From the UHGV virus genome UHGV-0175639: a stretch of 64,000 nt of DNA, one strand, 5' to 3'. Below the pieces are notes generated by a model. The model made no database searches and was not told where the DNA came from. It was given only the letters and a program-made list of their open reading frames with translations. Numbering within the stretch: the first letter of the stretch is position 1; every line of letters begins with the position of its first letter. Source of the stretch: a virus. The translations under genes were made by a program, and so were the position numbers. Of the stretch, positions 1 through 8,746 are shown in pieces.

Positions 1-94
1 CCTGGATGTGCTCCAGCATATGGCCGAGGTGGATTGAGCCGTTAGCGTACGGCAGCGCGCACGTCACCAGAATTTTCTTCGCGACTTGGGTCAT
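1..94 (-). CDS. metG: methionyl-tRNA synthetase, N-terminal fragment running off the window start
   Basis: Reverse complement of 1-94 reads [31 protein letters not shown], the MetG N-terminus with its HIGH-type motif; divergent from mrp as in Enterobacteriaceae. Confidence 0.85.
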
Positions 95-251
95 AGTAGG
101 CATTACTTCTTTGTAGTGAAAAGGGGCTTGATAGTAACAAAATGGCCTTATGTCTGCCATGTGATAACAGCATTTCTCATAAATGATTAAATGTCGTAGC
201 TGGAGTACACTACAAGGCGACAATTGCGCAAATTAAAATAAAGGAGACGGG

Positions 252-1352
252 ATGAGCGAGTCCAAATCGCCGGATGCCCTGAGAGCAATGGTAGCCGGTA
301 CGCTGGCTAATTTTCAGCACCCAACCCTGAAACACAACCTGACTACGCTTAAAGCGTTACACCATGTTGCGTTGATGGATGACACACTGCATGTCGAACT
401 AATCATGCCTTTCGTGTGGAATAAGCCTTTTGAAGACCTGAAAGAGCAATGTAGTGGTGATCTGCTCCGTATCACTGGCGCAAAGGCTATTGACTGGAAG
501 CTGTCGTACAACATTGCCACGCTTAAGCGTGTCAAAAACCAACCAGGCATTAATGGCGTTAAGAACATTATCGCCGTCAGCTCAGGCAAGGGCGGCGTGG
601 GTAAATCCTCCACGGCGGTAAACCTGGCACTGGCGTTGGCTGCTGAAGGTGCGAAAGTTGGTATTTTGGATGCCGATATCTATGGTCCATCAATTCCAAC
701 CATGCTGGGCGCGGAAAACCAACGTCCAACCTCACCTGACGGTACTCACATGGCACCTATCATGTCTCATGGCCTGGCAACCAACTCTATTGGTTATCTG
801 GTCACCGACGACAATGCAATGGTGTGGCGTGGACCGATGGCCAGCAAGGCGCTGATGCAGATGTTGCAGGAAACTCTATGGCCTGATCTGGACTATCTTG
901 TTCTCGATATGCCGCCGGGCACTGGTGATATTCAGTTGACGCTGGCGCAGAACATTCCTGTAACTGGTGCTGTTGTGGTAACTACGCCGCAAGACATCGC
1001 GCTGATCGATGCGAAGAAAGGCATTGTGATGTTCGAAAAAGTCGAAGTGCCGGTACTGGGTATCGTCGAAAACATGAGTGTGCATATTTGCAGTAACTGC
1101 GGTCATCACGAGCCAATTTTCGGCACCGGTGGCGCAGAGAAACTGGCCGAGAAATACAACACGCAGTTGTTAGGCCAAATGCCACTTCATATCTCACTTC
1201 GTGAAGATCTGGATAACGGAACACCAACCGTTATTAGTCGTCCAGATAGCGAATTTACGGCTATTTATCGTGACCTCGCAGATCGCGTTGCTGCCCAAAT
1301 GTATTGGCAAGGTGAAGTAATACCTGGCGAAATCGCATTCCGCGCAGTGTGA
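252..1352 (+). CDS. apbC: Fe-S cluster carrier ATPase Mrp/ApbC
   Basis: 366 aa; Walker A GKGGVGKSS, ParA/MinD fold, CxxC near C-terminus; matches enterobacterial Mrp from memory. Confidence 0.95.
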   Translation: MSESKSPDALRAMVAGTLANFQHPTLKHNLTTLKALHHVALMDDTLHVELIMPFVWNKPFEDLKEQCSGDLLRITGAKAIDWKLSYNIATLKRVKNQPGINGVKNIIAVSSGKGGVGKSSTAVNLALALAAEGAKVGILDADIYGPSIPTMLGAENQRPTSPDGTHMAPIMSHGLATNSIGYLVTDDNAMVWRGPMASKALMQMLQETLWPDLDYLVLDMPPGTGDIQLTLAQNIPVTGAVVVTTPQDIALIDAKKGIVMFEKVEVPVLGIVENMSVHICSNCGHHEPIFGTGGAEKLAEKYNTQLLGQMPLHISLREDLDNGTPTVISRPDSEFTAIYRDLADRVAAQMYWQGEVIPGEIAFRAV

Positions 1353-1360
1353 TAAAAAGG

Positions 1361-1379
1361 CGGTGCATTGCACCGCCTA
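1361..1379. terminator. hairpin GGCGGTGCATTGCACCGCC between convergent mrp and the UmuD-like gene
   Basis: Perfect inverted repeat directly after the mrp stop codon; could terminate in both directions. Confidence 0.5.
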
Positions 1380-1389
1380 ATCAGTTCTC

Positions 1390-1779
1390 CTACATCACGG
1401 GACAATCATCAAACTCGCCACTTCTTGCGTCGTTGATAATGTGAGTGATCACACCAAACACGGCATTGCTGCCCGTGCATCCATCGTCATCCTTTGGCAA
1501 TGCTTCCTTCTTACCGGTTCTTAAATCCTCCAGATGCTGACGTGGATACTTCCGGTATCTTTTTACGCGATATTCCCCATCCAGAGCGCATACAAGCAGA
1601 GAACCATCAACCGGGGTAAGTGAGGAATCGACCACCAGCAATGCACCCTGTAATATTCCCTCACGATGATGACTATCAGCTGCCCTCATGAAGTAGGTCG
1701 CTGAAGGATGTCTAATTATCTGCTGATCAAGAGAAATACGGCTCTCAGCATAATCCGCCGCAGGAGAAGGGAAGCCCAT
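1390..1779 (-). CDS. UmuD-prime-like S24 peptidase-fold protein (HumD-like; lacks the UmuD N-terminal arm)
   Basis: Starts MGFPSPAADY, matching UmuD just after its self-cleavage site; Ser and Lys of the catalytic dyad context present. Confidence 0.75.
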   Translation of the reverse strand: MGFPSPAADYAESRISLDQQIIRHPSATYFMRAADSHHREGILQGALLVVDSSLTPVDGSLLVCALDGEYRVKRYRKYPRQHLEDLRTGKKEALPKDDDGCTGSNAVFGVITHIINDARSGEFDDCPVM

Positions 1780-1795
1780 AATACTCGCCTCTTAA

Positions 1796-1815
1796 TACTG
1801 TATACACATACAGTG
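1796..1815. promoter_or_regulatory. LexA (SOS) box TACTGTATACACATACAGTG
   Basis: CTG-N10-CAG with AT-rich core, 17 bp upstream of the UmuD-like start. Confidence 0.7.
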
Positions 1816-2441
1816 TATATTGAAGCTATATATTTTTGAACTCTATCTCTTAAAAAAGATGTTAATAAGATGCTAACTATTGAAAGGCATAAATATATAC
1901 AATTCAAACAAACGTTATTTTTAACAAATTTTTTCTTCCCATTGACTTTTTCGAACGCCTTGTCCGGTCTAAAGTGCGCAGAAGTCACTTTTTCCTTCCT
2001 GAGTTATCCACAGGCTTATGCACTTGCATGAAAAATCTATTCACACTATCTTAATTCGCAAGACACTGATGTTGCAGTATTGAGGGTATGTTGGGTTAAA
2101 AATAGACATTAAAAAGCCCAGTTGACTAGGCTGGGCTTTTTAAAAGGAAACAGAGTTTGCGGCTCTGTTCCTGAGCCATAAGTATCTGGCGACTGAATTA
2201 AGATTAACCGAATGTACTGGATTCATCAAGAAACGTTGAGTGGTCATACTAGGTAATAATGACCATTTACTAAACATCGTTGTTCTCAAAGAAGATTTAA
2301 GTCCAGGTTTTTGGTGACTCTAAAACCTTACCTTAACTCGAAATCGTGCCGTAAGTATCTGGCGACTACAGATATTGCAACTGCAAAGGCAAGCCCAAAG
2401 GTATTTGCAGCTAGGCGCGATAAAACTAAGTGAGGCCTGTT

Positions 2442-2525
2442 ATGGTTAACTTACTGTTCAAAATCGTGCCGCCGATGTTCGCGATTATCAAAGCGATCAT
2501 TGAGTACGTAAACCAGCGTCCATAA
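2442..2525 (+). CDS. 27-aa hydrophobic mini-protein MVNLLFKIVPPMFAIIKAIIEYVNQRP (candidate type I toxin-like peptide)
   Basis: ATG preceded by GTGAGG 7 nt upstream; followed by hairpin terminator; short ORF so coding status is uncertain. Confidence 0.3.
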   Translation: MVNLLFKIVPPMFAIIKAIIEYVNQRP

Positions 2526-2539
2526 CGCTAGTTGCTACA

Positions 2540-2562
2540 GGCCCCATCAAGAGCATGGGGCC
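2540..2562. terminator. hairpin GGCCCCAT...ATGGGGCC followed by T-rich tract
   Basis: Inverted repeat between the mini-ORF and the convergent 208-aa gene. Confidence 0.5.
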
Positions 2563-2580
2563 TCTTTATCGTACTATTGC

Positions 2581-3207
2581 TTATTTTTTACGGACTGAGT
2601 TGTTCACTGCTCTGGCAATTTTCTCCCGCAATTGCTGCGCTCCGTGGTACTGAACCGCAATATCCCGCAACTCGTTCACCAGTTCTCTAATCTGGTGATC
2701 TTTAAGCTCATTATTTGGGTGATGGGTAACAACTCTGGTTAATTCACCCTTGTCTTTTGCTCTTACGTATGCAGCTCTTGTGCATTCGACCCATGTATTA
2801 CCGCCTACATTAACTTCGTAGATTAGGCTGGACTTATCTGTCAATTCGGAACAAATACGGGCCGTGGTCTGGCAACTAGAGCATTCGCAGTTATCGCGGA
2901 AACCGTGATCTACCGGTCGAGAAAGAGGTTTAACTTTTTCATCCAACTTCATCACAGCATCGTGATAAGCGTTCCAGCCGTCATCTTTACCAAGTTGATA
3001 AATCTCTGAAGGCTCCATGTAGTCTATATCGCAACCTTCTTCATCCGATCTATCTGGTCGCTTCCCTGGTAATCGCTCATAAAAACGATTTCTGTCTCGA
3101 CGTTCGGCTCTCAGTGCTAACGCAAGAAGTTGCTCAAGCGAGGTATTTGCACCAGCAATAATTTCATTGAGAATATCTTCTGTGAGATCTTTCGCTACCG
3201 TGCTCAT
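2581..3207 (-). CDS. hypothetical protein, 208 aa, with CxC...CxxC cysteine cluster
   Basis: Long ORF, first of the continuous minus-strand gene array. Confidence 0.5.
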   Translation of the reverse strand: MSTVAKDLTEDILNEIIAGANTSLEQLLALALRAERRDRNRFYERLPGKRPDRSDEEGCDIDYMEPSEIYQLGKDDGWNAYHDAVMKLDEKVKPLSRPVDHGFRDNCECSSCQTTARICSELTDKSSLIYEVNVGGNTWVECTRAAYVRAKDKGELTRVVTHHPNNELKDHQIRELVNELRDIAVQYHGAQQLREKIARAVNNSVRKK

Positions 3208-3587
3208 TTATCTCTCTCAGTATGTTGCGATGGCGTAAATTTGACGACATCAAATATTTTGGATGGCATCAACTTTATCCGCGAGCTTAGTTCGGCTCTT
3301 CTCTGTAATGCGGTTAATAATGTTTTCGTTCTGACGCCTTCGTGTATCCTCATCCCTGGCACAAGAACTACATCGCAGGGGAGATGCTCAGGTGACAAAT
3401 CATTTTGGGCATCGCTAATCAGTCGTGTAATCTCTCTTTCAAGCCGACCGCCTAGCTCTGTTTTAGTGCAATGTTCTGACCAATCGCCAGCCTCAAGCAG
3501 CGCGAGAATGCTTAAAATATCGTCCAATAGATCAGTGGTATTATCGACTTCCTTCTGAAACTCACCGGCTACTGATTTATGCATCAT
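3204..3587 (-). CDS. hypothetical protein, 127 aa
   Basis: ORF overlapping neighbours by 4 nt, typical translational coupling. Confidence 0.45.
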   Translation of the reverse strand: MMHKSVAGEFQKEVDNTTDLLDDILSILALLEAGDWSEHCTKTELGGRLEREITRLISDAQNDLSPEHLPCDVVLVPGMRIHEGVRTKTLLTALQRRAELSSRIKLMPSKIFDVVKFTPSQHTERDK

Positions 3588-3997
3588 TCGTCATCCTCAT
3601 CCGAGTCATCCTCATCACAGGATGAGAGTAGTGGGTTAGTCATTCGCCCTACTTGAGTGGCGTAGCCACGCCGACAGAGATTGCGCAGCACACTGTATAT
3701 TTCGAACATCTCGGTTCGTTCATCGCCAACATCAAGCTCAGATGCTATAGCGTGGCATTCAGTCGCGAGAGCCGATATTTTCTGAAATAACTCTGCATTA
3801 TTCACTGTTCGACTCCTGCGGCGTTCTGGTAGTGGCATCCAGTGTGTGACATTGCTAATCAGACCATATTCATTAGTTTGAGGATGGTTGCCGTTATCGT
3901 CTCCGTATTTAAGACTCTCCATAAAGCCATAATGCCTATCACCATTAACGCTCACAAAGCCGTAATAAGCAGGTATAACTGAATCGCCACGGATAAT

Positions 3998-4810
3998 CTA
4001 GACACTTCCGAGCCGTTGATAATACTGGTTTTCATATTCTGTCGGTGACATCTGTTCGCTAGAACCATGCCGACGCTTACTGTTATAAAACATTTCGATG
4101 TAATCAAAAATATCACTGCGGGCTTCTTCCCGCGTTCCGTAGATCTTTTTCTTTATCCGTTCACGTTTCAACAACTGGAAAAAACTTTCTGCAACCGCAT
4201 TATCATGGCAGTTACCGCGACGGCTCATGCTACCCTCCAGGCCGTGTGATTTCAGGAACGACTGCCACTCATGGCTTGTGTACTGACTGCCCTGATCCGA
4301 ATGAACCAGCACCTGTTTTTCGGGATTACGCCGCCATACAGCCATCAGCAGTGCGTTCAGGACAATGTCCTTTGTCATCCGGGATTGCATGGACCAGCCG
4401 ATAATTTTGCGTGAGAACAGATCAACAACAACGGCAAGATACAGCCAGCCTTCGTGGGTCCTGATGTAGGTTATGTCCGTTACCCAACGCTCATCAGGAG
4501 CATCCGGATTGAACTGTCGCTGGAGCCTGTTGGGTGACACGATACTGGCCTCGCCTTTACGTGCCCGCGGGCTTCGGTATCCGACCTGAGCCTTTATTCC
4601 GACACGTTTCATCAGTCTCCAGACTCTGTTTACTCCGCACTGTTGCCCGCTGTCACGCAAATCCAGATGGATTTTGCGATAACCATAGACGCATCCCGAT
4701 TCCAGCCAGAACTGTTTAATCTGTCCTGTCAGTCTCAGGTCTGCCTGATGGCGTTGTGAATGCGGCTGCTGAAGCCAGGCGTAAAAACCACTGGGATGAA
4801 CATCCAGCAC
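3998..4810 (-). CDS. IS3-family transposase OrfB (DDE integrase core)
   Basis: 270 aa; WVTDITYIRT...VHSDQGSQYTS...CHDNAVAESFF signature of IS3 OrfB. Confidence 0.85.
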   Translation of the reverse strand: MLDVHPSGFYAWLQQPHSQRHQADLRLTGQIKQFWLESGCVYGYRKIHLDLRDSGQQCGVNRVWRLMKRVGIKAQVGYRSPRARKGEASIVSPNRLQRQFNPDAPDERWVTDITYIRTHEGWLYLAVVVDLFSRKIIGWSMQSRMTKDIVLNALLMAVWRRNPEKQVLVHSDQGSQYTSHEWQSFLKSHGLEGSMSRRGNCHDNAVAESFFQLLKRERIKKKIYGTREEARSDIFDYIEMFYNSKRRHGSSEQMSPTEYENQYYQRLGSV

Positions 4811-4866
4811 CCGACAGAGCAGGCGAACAGGCCAGCAACAGGAGTTGTCACGGATAAAGGCGTACC

Positions 4867-5151
4867 TCAGTCGGACAGCTTTGCGAAGTACGCCGCGGCT
4901 TTTTTTAATATGTCCCGTTCGTCGGTAACCCGTTTCAGCTCTTTCTGGAGACGGCGGATCTCGGCCTGAGCATCTGACTGTTCTTTATTAGTGGAAGAAT
5001 CCGGACCGTACTTCTTTATCCAGGCATAAAGGCTGTGGGTGGTGATATCGAGACGTGTTGCAACGCTGGCAACAGAATAACCGCGATCAACAACCTGTTT
5101 GACTGCTTCAGTTTTAAACTCTTCGGGATAACGCTTACCGCTCATGGGCAC
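4867..5151 (-). CDS. IS3-family transposase OrfA (HTH, leucine-zipper region)
   Basis: 94 aa; EEFKTEAVKQV...HSLYAWIKKY pattern typical of IS3 OrfA. Confidence 0.85.
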   Translation of the reverse strand: MPMSGKRYPEEFKTEAVKQVVDRGYSVASVATRLDITTHSLYAWIKKYGPDSSTNKEQSDAQAEIRRLQKELKRVTDERDILKKAAAYFAKLSD

Positions 5152-5468
5152 CTCTCTTTAAGCCATCTTAAATGACACTGAGGTGTCTGTTAAACCCGTG
5201 GCGATTCAAACGCCGATCTCACACATAACCAGTAAAGGAAAACTAGTTCTCCAATTTAGCTCGCCAATTACAGGCATTCGCTCACTACAGCTTATCCAAC
5301 CATCCTTAGATGCGGCTGTATTGGCATAGGCCTTACGGTGCTTCTGTAGCTCTGCTGCAATCGCTCTCACGACTTCAACTGGTGCCCTTGCAGCAAACTC
5401 AATGTTGGTGATCAGCTCATTAAGATATTTCTCGCTTGGGTAGCATTTCTTATTGTTAACGGTGGTCA

Positions 5469-5654
5469 TTAGGCAGCTCTCTCAACAACAAGCAATTCGT
5501 CGTAGTCATAATCAGTTTCGGAACCATCCGTACCGAACAGAGTCACTTTGTCATTTTCCATCCAAAAAGATTTAACCGCACATTGTTGACCTTTAGATGT
5601 TATGAGCACATCACCAGGGATTACGTCTTCAGCGCGAACCTCTAGTGTTCTCAT
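5469..5654 (-). CDS. hypothetical protein, 61 aa
   Basis: Small ORF coupled to neighbours. Confidence 0.35.
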   Translation of the reverse strand: MRTLEVRAEDVIPGDVLITSKGQQCAVKSFWMENDKVTLFGTDGSETDYDYDELLVVERAA

Positions 5655-6181
5655 CGTGCTGCCCCCTCTTTGGTGAAAATGCCTGCTGCAATGCTGTTTA
5701 TGATGCTGTCAGTGCATGGAGTAGAAAGCTGGGCATCTCCAGCAATTTTCATGACCTCAACATCCGCATATCGAATACCGAGGTGTATCAGACCGGCTAT
5801 ACCTGACTTAAGTCGAACATTTTCCATAAACAGATCTTTTTCCCGCTGTTTAGCGGCTTCCAACTCCATCGACAATTTTTCCAACTGCTCTTTATGCTTC
5901 TTGTATTCCTGATACGCGTGCCAAGACTGACCTTTGCGCACACTATCAGTGATATCAGCAACCTGCTCTGGTGTTAGCGTGGTCAGTGGCTGTGCTGGAA
6001 AAATCATCACTTGCCCGGCATCCCAATCAAAACCCGCCTGAATTGACTGAACCTCAACTGATGGTGTTGAACCGATGCGACCAGGCGAATGAACAACGAT
6101 CGTTACATCCATATCGCGACGATGGCTGTGGTTGTTGGACAAAATACGATTCACCAACTCAGAAAATTTGGAAAATTTCAT
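5651..6181 (-). CDS. hypothetical protein, about 176 aa (start moved to MKFSKFSE)
   Basis: ATGA overlap with the upstream gene stop at 6178-6181; the longer N-terminal extension in the ORF track lies inside the upstream gene. Confidence 0.45.
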   Translation of the reverse strand: MKFSKFSELVNRILSNNHSHRRDMDVTIVVHSPGRIGSTPSVEVQSIQAGFDWDAGQVMIFPAQPLTTLTPEQVADITDSVRKGQSWHAYQEYKKHKEQLEKLSMELEAAKQREKDLFMENVRLKSGIAGLIHLGIRYADVEVMKIAGDAQLSTPCTDSIINSIAAGIFTKEGAAR

Positions 6182-6501
6182 GCTGATCCCTCTTTCTCTC
6201 CCCGGATAATTCTGTTGCACACATCCACACACTCGTCGCAGATGAAAACGGCGTCCCCAGCAATTAACTTTTTGACGGCGTACTGGGATTTGTTGCAGAA
6301 GCTGCAACAAAGTGTTCGCCTGACTGATAAGGATGGAGCGCCAGATGTCAGCCGCTCCATATCGTTCTTGCGACGCAATATCACACGGCTGAACTCAACC
6401 AGTTTCTCCGGGGATATATCCTCCTCCGTAGCGAGCGTCTCTAGTCGTTCGAGTATGTTGAAGGCTTTTTCTTGGGTAATAGCAGAGTGCGATGTGGTCA
6501 T
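6178..6501 (-). CDS. ClpX-type C4 zinc-finger domain protein
   Basis: C-terminus [35 protein letters not shown] closely matches the ClpX N-terminal zinc-binding domain; no AAA+ module. Confidence 0.6.
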   Translation of the reverse strand: MTTSHSAITQEKAFNILERLETLATEEDISPEKLVEFSRVILRRKNDMERLTSGAPSLSVRRTLCCSFCNKSQYAVKKLIAGDAVFICDECVDVCNRIIRGEKEGSA

Positions 6502-6965
6502 TTTCTTTCACCTTCAATGTTCGTGGCGCTGGCAAGATTGTCCTTGCGAAGAAGAGCGGCTATGCGCTTACTTCCATCCGAGATAACGCCCTCGTAATAC
6601 TCACGCTGCTCGTTGAGTTTTGATTTTGCCAACTCCAGTTGTTTTGTTAGTTCCGCAATACGGCAAACATCGTTGATACGCGTTTCCTCTAATGCGTTGA
6701 TCTCATCCAGTAGTGCCAGCACGGTAGCTGGACTGGCTGCGGCGATGAATTCAGCATTGGCCTGCTGTTCCATCTGGAAATCTTCATCGAAACCGCTTTC
6801 AGGATGCGCTCCTTCAATTCTGCAAATAGGAATATATCCAGCAACTTCACGATGAATTAGCGCATCATCACCATCTAATCGGCTCTCTCCATATTCGAGC
6901 GACCACTCACCACACGTTGCTTTCTCTGCCTTTTCACGCAGTGCCTGATAGTCAATCTTGCTCAC
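6498..6965 (-). CDS. Ead/Ea22-like prophage protein
   Basis: N-terminus [21 protein letters not shown] typical of Ea22-like proteins, from memory. Confidence 0.55.
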   Translation of the reverse strand: MSKIDYQALREKAEKATCGEWSLEYGESRLDGDDALIHREVAGYIPICRIEGAHPESGFDEDFQMEQQANAEFIAAASPATVLALLDEINALEETRINDVCRIAELTKQLELAKSKLNEQREYYEGVISDGSKRIAALLRKDNLASATNIEGERK

Positions 6966-7462
6966 TGGATGACTCCTTTACGAAGCTGTTCAGCAATACT
7001 TACGCATATCTCTGCGCCTCTAATCAGCCCCGGAACGTTCTTGTTTGGCCCAACTTCACCATCAACAAAATCAATCATCGCGTTACGAGCCATATCCACG
7101 CCCTGCGCACGTACTTCAGCCAGAAAAGTATCGGTGGCTGGAGTCTCCGTTAATTCGCTAACCCAATTATCTCCGTGTTCCTCGGCACACATCGCATCGA
7201 ATGCTCGCTCAGATTCTTTCAGGGCTGCATTCTCCGCCGCTAATGCGTCTCTTTGCGCCCGCAACTTCTCAATTTCGGCAGCCATGTAGTAACCAACCAT
7301 AGCGAAGACGGCAAAAGAGTTGTCTGCCTCATCAGGCGACACTGAGGCCATTAGCAGGCCATCGTAAAAATCGTGACTCCCATTGGTGATCGCCACCGCA
7401 TAGGAGTCGTGGTTCTCGCGCTTGTGAATGAGAACTACGGGATTTTCGATTTTGTTACTCAT
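6962..7462 (-). CDS. hypothetical protein, 166 aa
   Basis: ORF preceded by the conserved GGAAAAACAC-ATG leader. Confidence 0.5.
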   Translation of the reverse strand: MSNKIENPVVLIHKRENHDSYAVAITNGSHDFYDGLLMASVSPDEADNSFAVFAMVGYYMAAEIEKLRAQRDALAAENAALKESERAFDAMCAEEHGDNWVSELTETPATDTFLAEVRAQGVDMARNAMIDFVDGEVGPNKNVPGLIRGAEICVSIAEQLRKGVIQ

Positions 7463-7600
7463 GTGTTTTTCTCTTCTTTGCTGTTACATAAGCACTACCA
7501 AGTGCTGGTTTATTTTCACAAATAAGAAAAGGTAGAAAACAATTTATTTAAGGCCATAACTTATGGCCTTTATTTATTCATGCAGAAGGATTTGTAGCGC

Positions 7601-7981
7601 CTAATTGTCGGATAAAATGGGTTGAGGTGCTTGCCAGTAAGCTCCACCGTCCCATGTGAACCCCATGCGAATAAGAGTGTTTATTGCGGCTTTGGTAGAC
7701 TCTGATTCGACGCTGACTTTTCGAAACTCTTGAACCTCTTTCGCCAACTTGTATGTAATTGTGCAGGGGACGATTGCAGCCCAGCCTTTCTCATGACTGT
7801 TAATGACCATCTGGATGTGACCATCCAGAATAGGTTGATCAGGCATGTTATTGAAAACGTCTGCCTGTTTTTGAATGTGAAGAAAAAGCCTTGCCAGCGC
7901 CATTTGCTCACTACGAGACAAGGGATTATCAAGAGGACTTTTTGCAAAAGCTGCTATACGCTGTGCATCAATGCCAAACAT
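7601..7981 (-). CDS. hypothetical protein, 126 aa
   Basis: ORF in the minus-strand array. Confidence 0.45.
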   Translation of the reverse strand: MFGIDAQRIAAFAKSPLDNPLSRSEQMALARLFLHIQKQADVFNNMPDQPILDGHIQMVINSHEKGWAAIVPCTITYKLAKEVQEFRKVSVESESTKAAINTLIRMGFTWDGGAYWQAPQPILSDN

Positions 7982-8685
7982 CAGCGCACCTCACCATCTT
8001 TATGGCTGGAGTTAACTTCCGCCATTAAATGTCTGACGTAATCGACAAGAGAGCCACCTGGTGGAATCTGGCATTCCTCAACTAACTGGAAGTAGATATC
8101 CGCTGCATTACGTGTATTACTACCCGCGCATATTCTTTCTTCCCGAAGTGCATGAAGCTCGTTGATCAAACGGTCACACTCTCCGTTACGCTGATCCACA
8201 ACGGCCTCAAGCTCTGCGACGCGTTCACCTGGCGTCTTACCTTCTTTGCGTTGGATGGTAACGACGAAATCGCCAATTGCAGGGACGTTGTAATCCAGCT
8301 CAAGGTAGTTTTTGGCACCGCTGCGGACGAACTCACCCGCGAACATGGTGGCGAACATCGCAGAGGCCACTTCGCCGTTGAAAAGTGACTCCAGATCTAA
8401 CGGAGTCCCGGCAGCAAGAGCCTCTTTTGCTGTATCCATTGCATCCATGAACCGATCAAACTCACTAGCGCGCTTTTCCAGGTCTTTCCATTGCTCGCTC
8501 CAACGTTTGGCAACGAAGTCTATGAATGTTTTCGCGGATTCATCAAAATTCCCCTCAAACTTAACGATGCCTTTATCAATAATGATCTGGCCTACCGCAT
8601 CCTCTGCATAACCTTTCAATGTAAACTTGAAAGGAAAATCGGAATGGCCTGTGACGTTAAAATGCTCTAACTGGAGGTTGCTCAT
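7981..8685 (-). CDS. hypothetical protein, 234 aa
   Basis: ORF preceded by the conserved leader. Confidence 0.5.
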   Translation of the reverse strand: MSNLQLEHFNVTGHSDFPFKFTLKGYAEDAVGQIIIDKGIVKFEGNFDESAKTFIDFVAKRWSEQWKDLEKRASEFDRFMDAMDTAKEALAAGTPLDLESLFNGEVASAMFATMFAGEFVRSGAKNYLELDYNVPAIGDFVVTIQRKEGKTPGERVAELEAVVDQRNGECDRLINELHALREERICAGSNTRNAADIYFQLVEECQIPPGGSLVDYVRHLMAEVNSSHKDGEVR

Positions 8686-8746
8686 GTGTTTTTCTCTTAT
8701 CGTTTAGTAACTACATTCTTACATAAATTAAGTAAGTATTTACCTA

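Larger units (their letters stand above)
3980..5208 (-). mobile_element. IS3-family insertion sequence, about 1229 bp
   Basis: Terminal inverted repeats TGAATCGCCACGG (13 identical nt, imperfect beyond); flanked by direct AAC at 3977-3979 and 5209-5211; OrfA plus OrfB in -1 frameshift arrangement. Confidence 0.8.
3584..5469 (-). pseudogene. DUF551-like phage gene split by an IS insertion (halves at 3584-3979 and 5209-5469)
   Basis: Reading frame is continuous across the IS if the IS and one copy of the AAC duplication are removed; downstream half carries the THWMPLPE motif remembered for DUF551. Confidence 0.6.

Noticed and set aside
1716-1988. 90-aa minus-strand ORF upstream of the UmuD-like gene
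   Set aside because: AT-rich low-complexity translation that overlaps the LexA box and promoter region; looks non-coding.
5651-6310. 219-aa version of the ORF with the N-terminus MLQLLQQ
   Set aside because: The extension lies inside the upstream ClpX-zinc-finger gene; an ATGA-coupled internal start at 6181 fits better.
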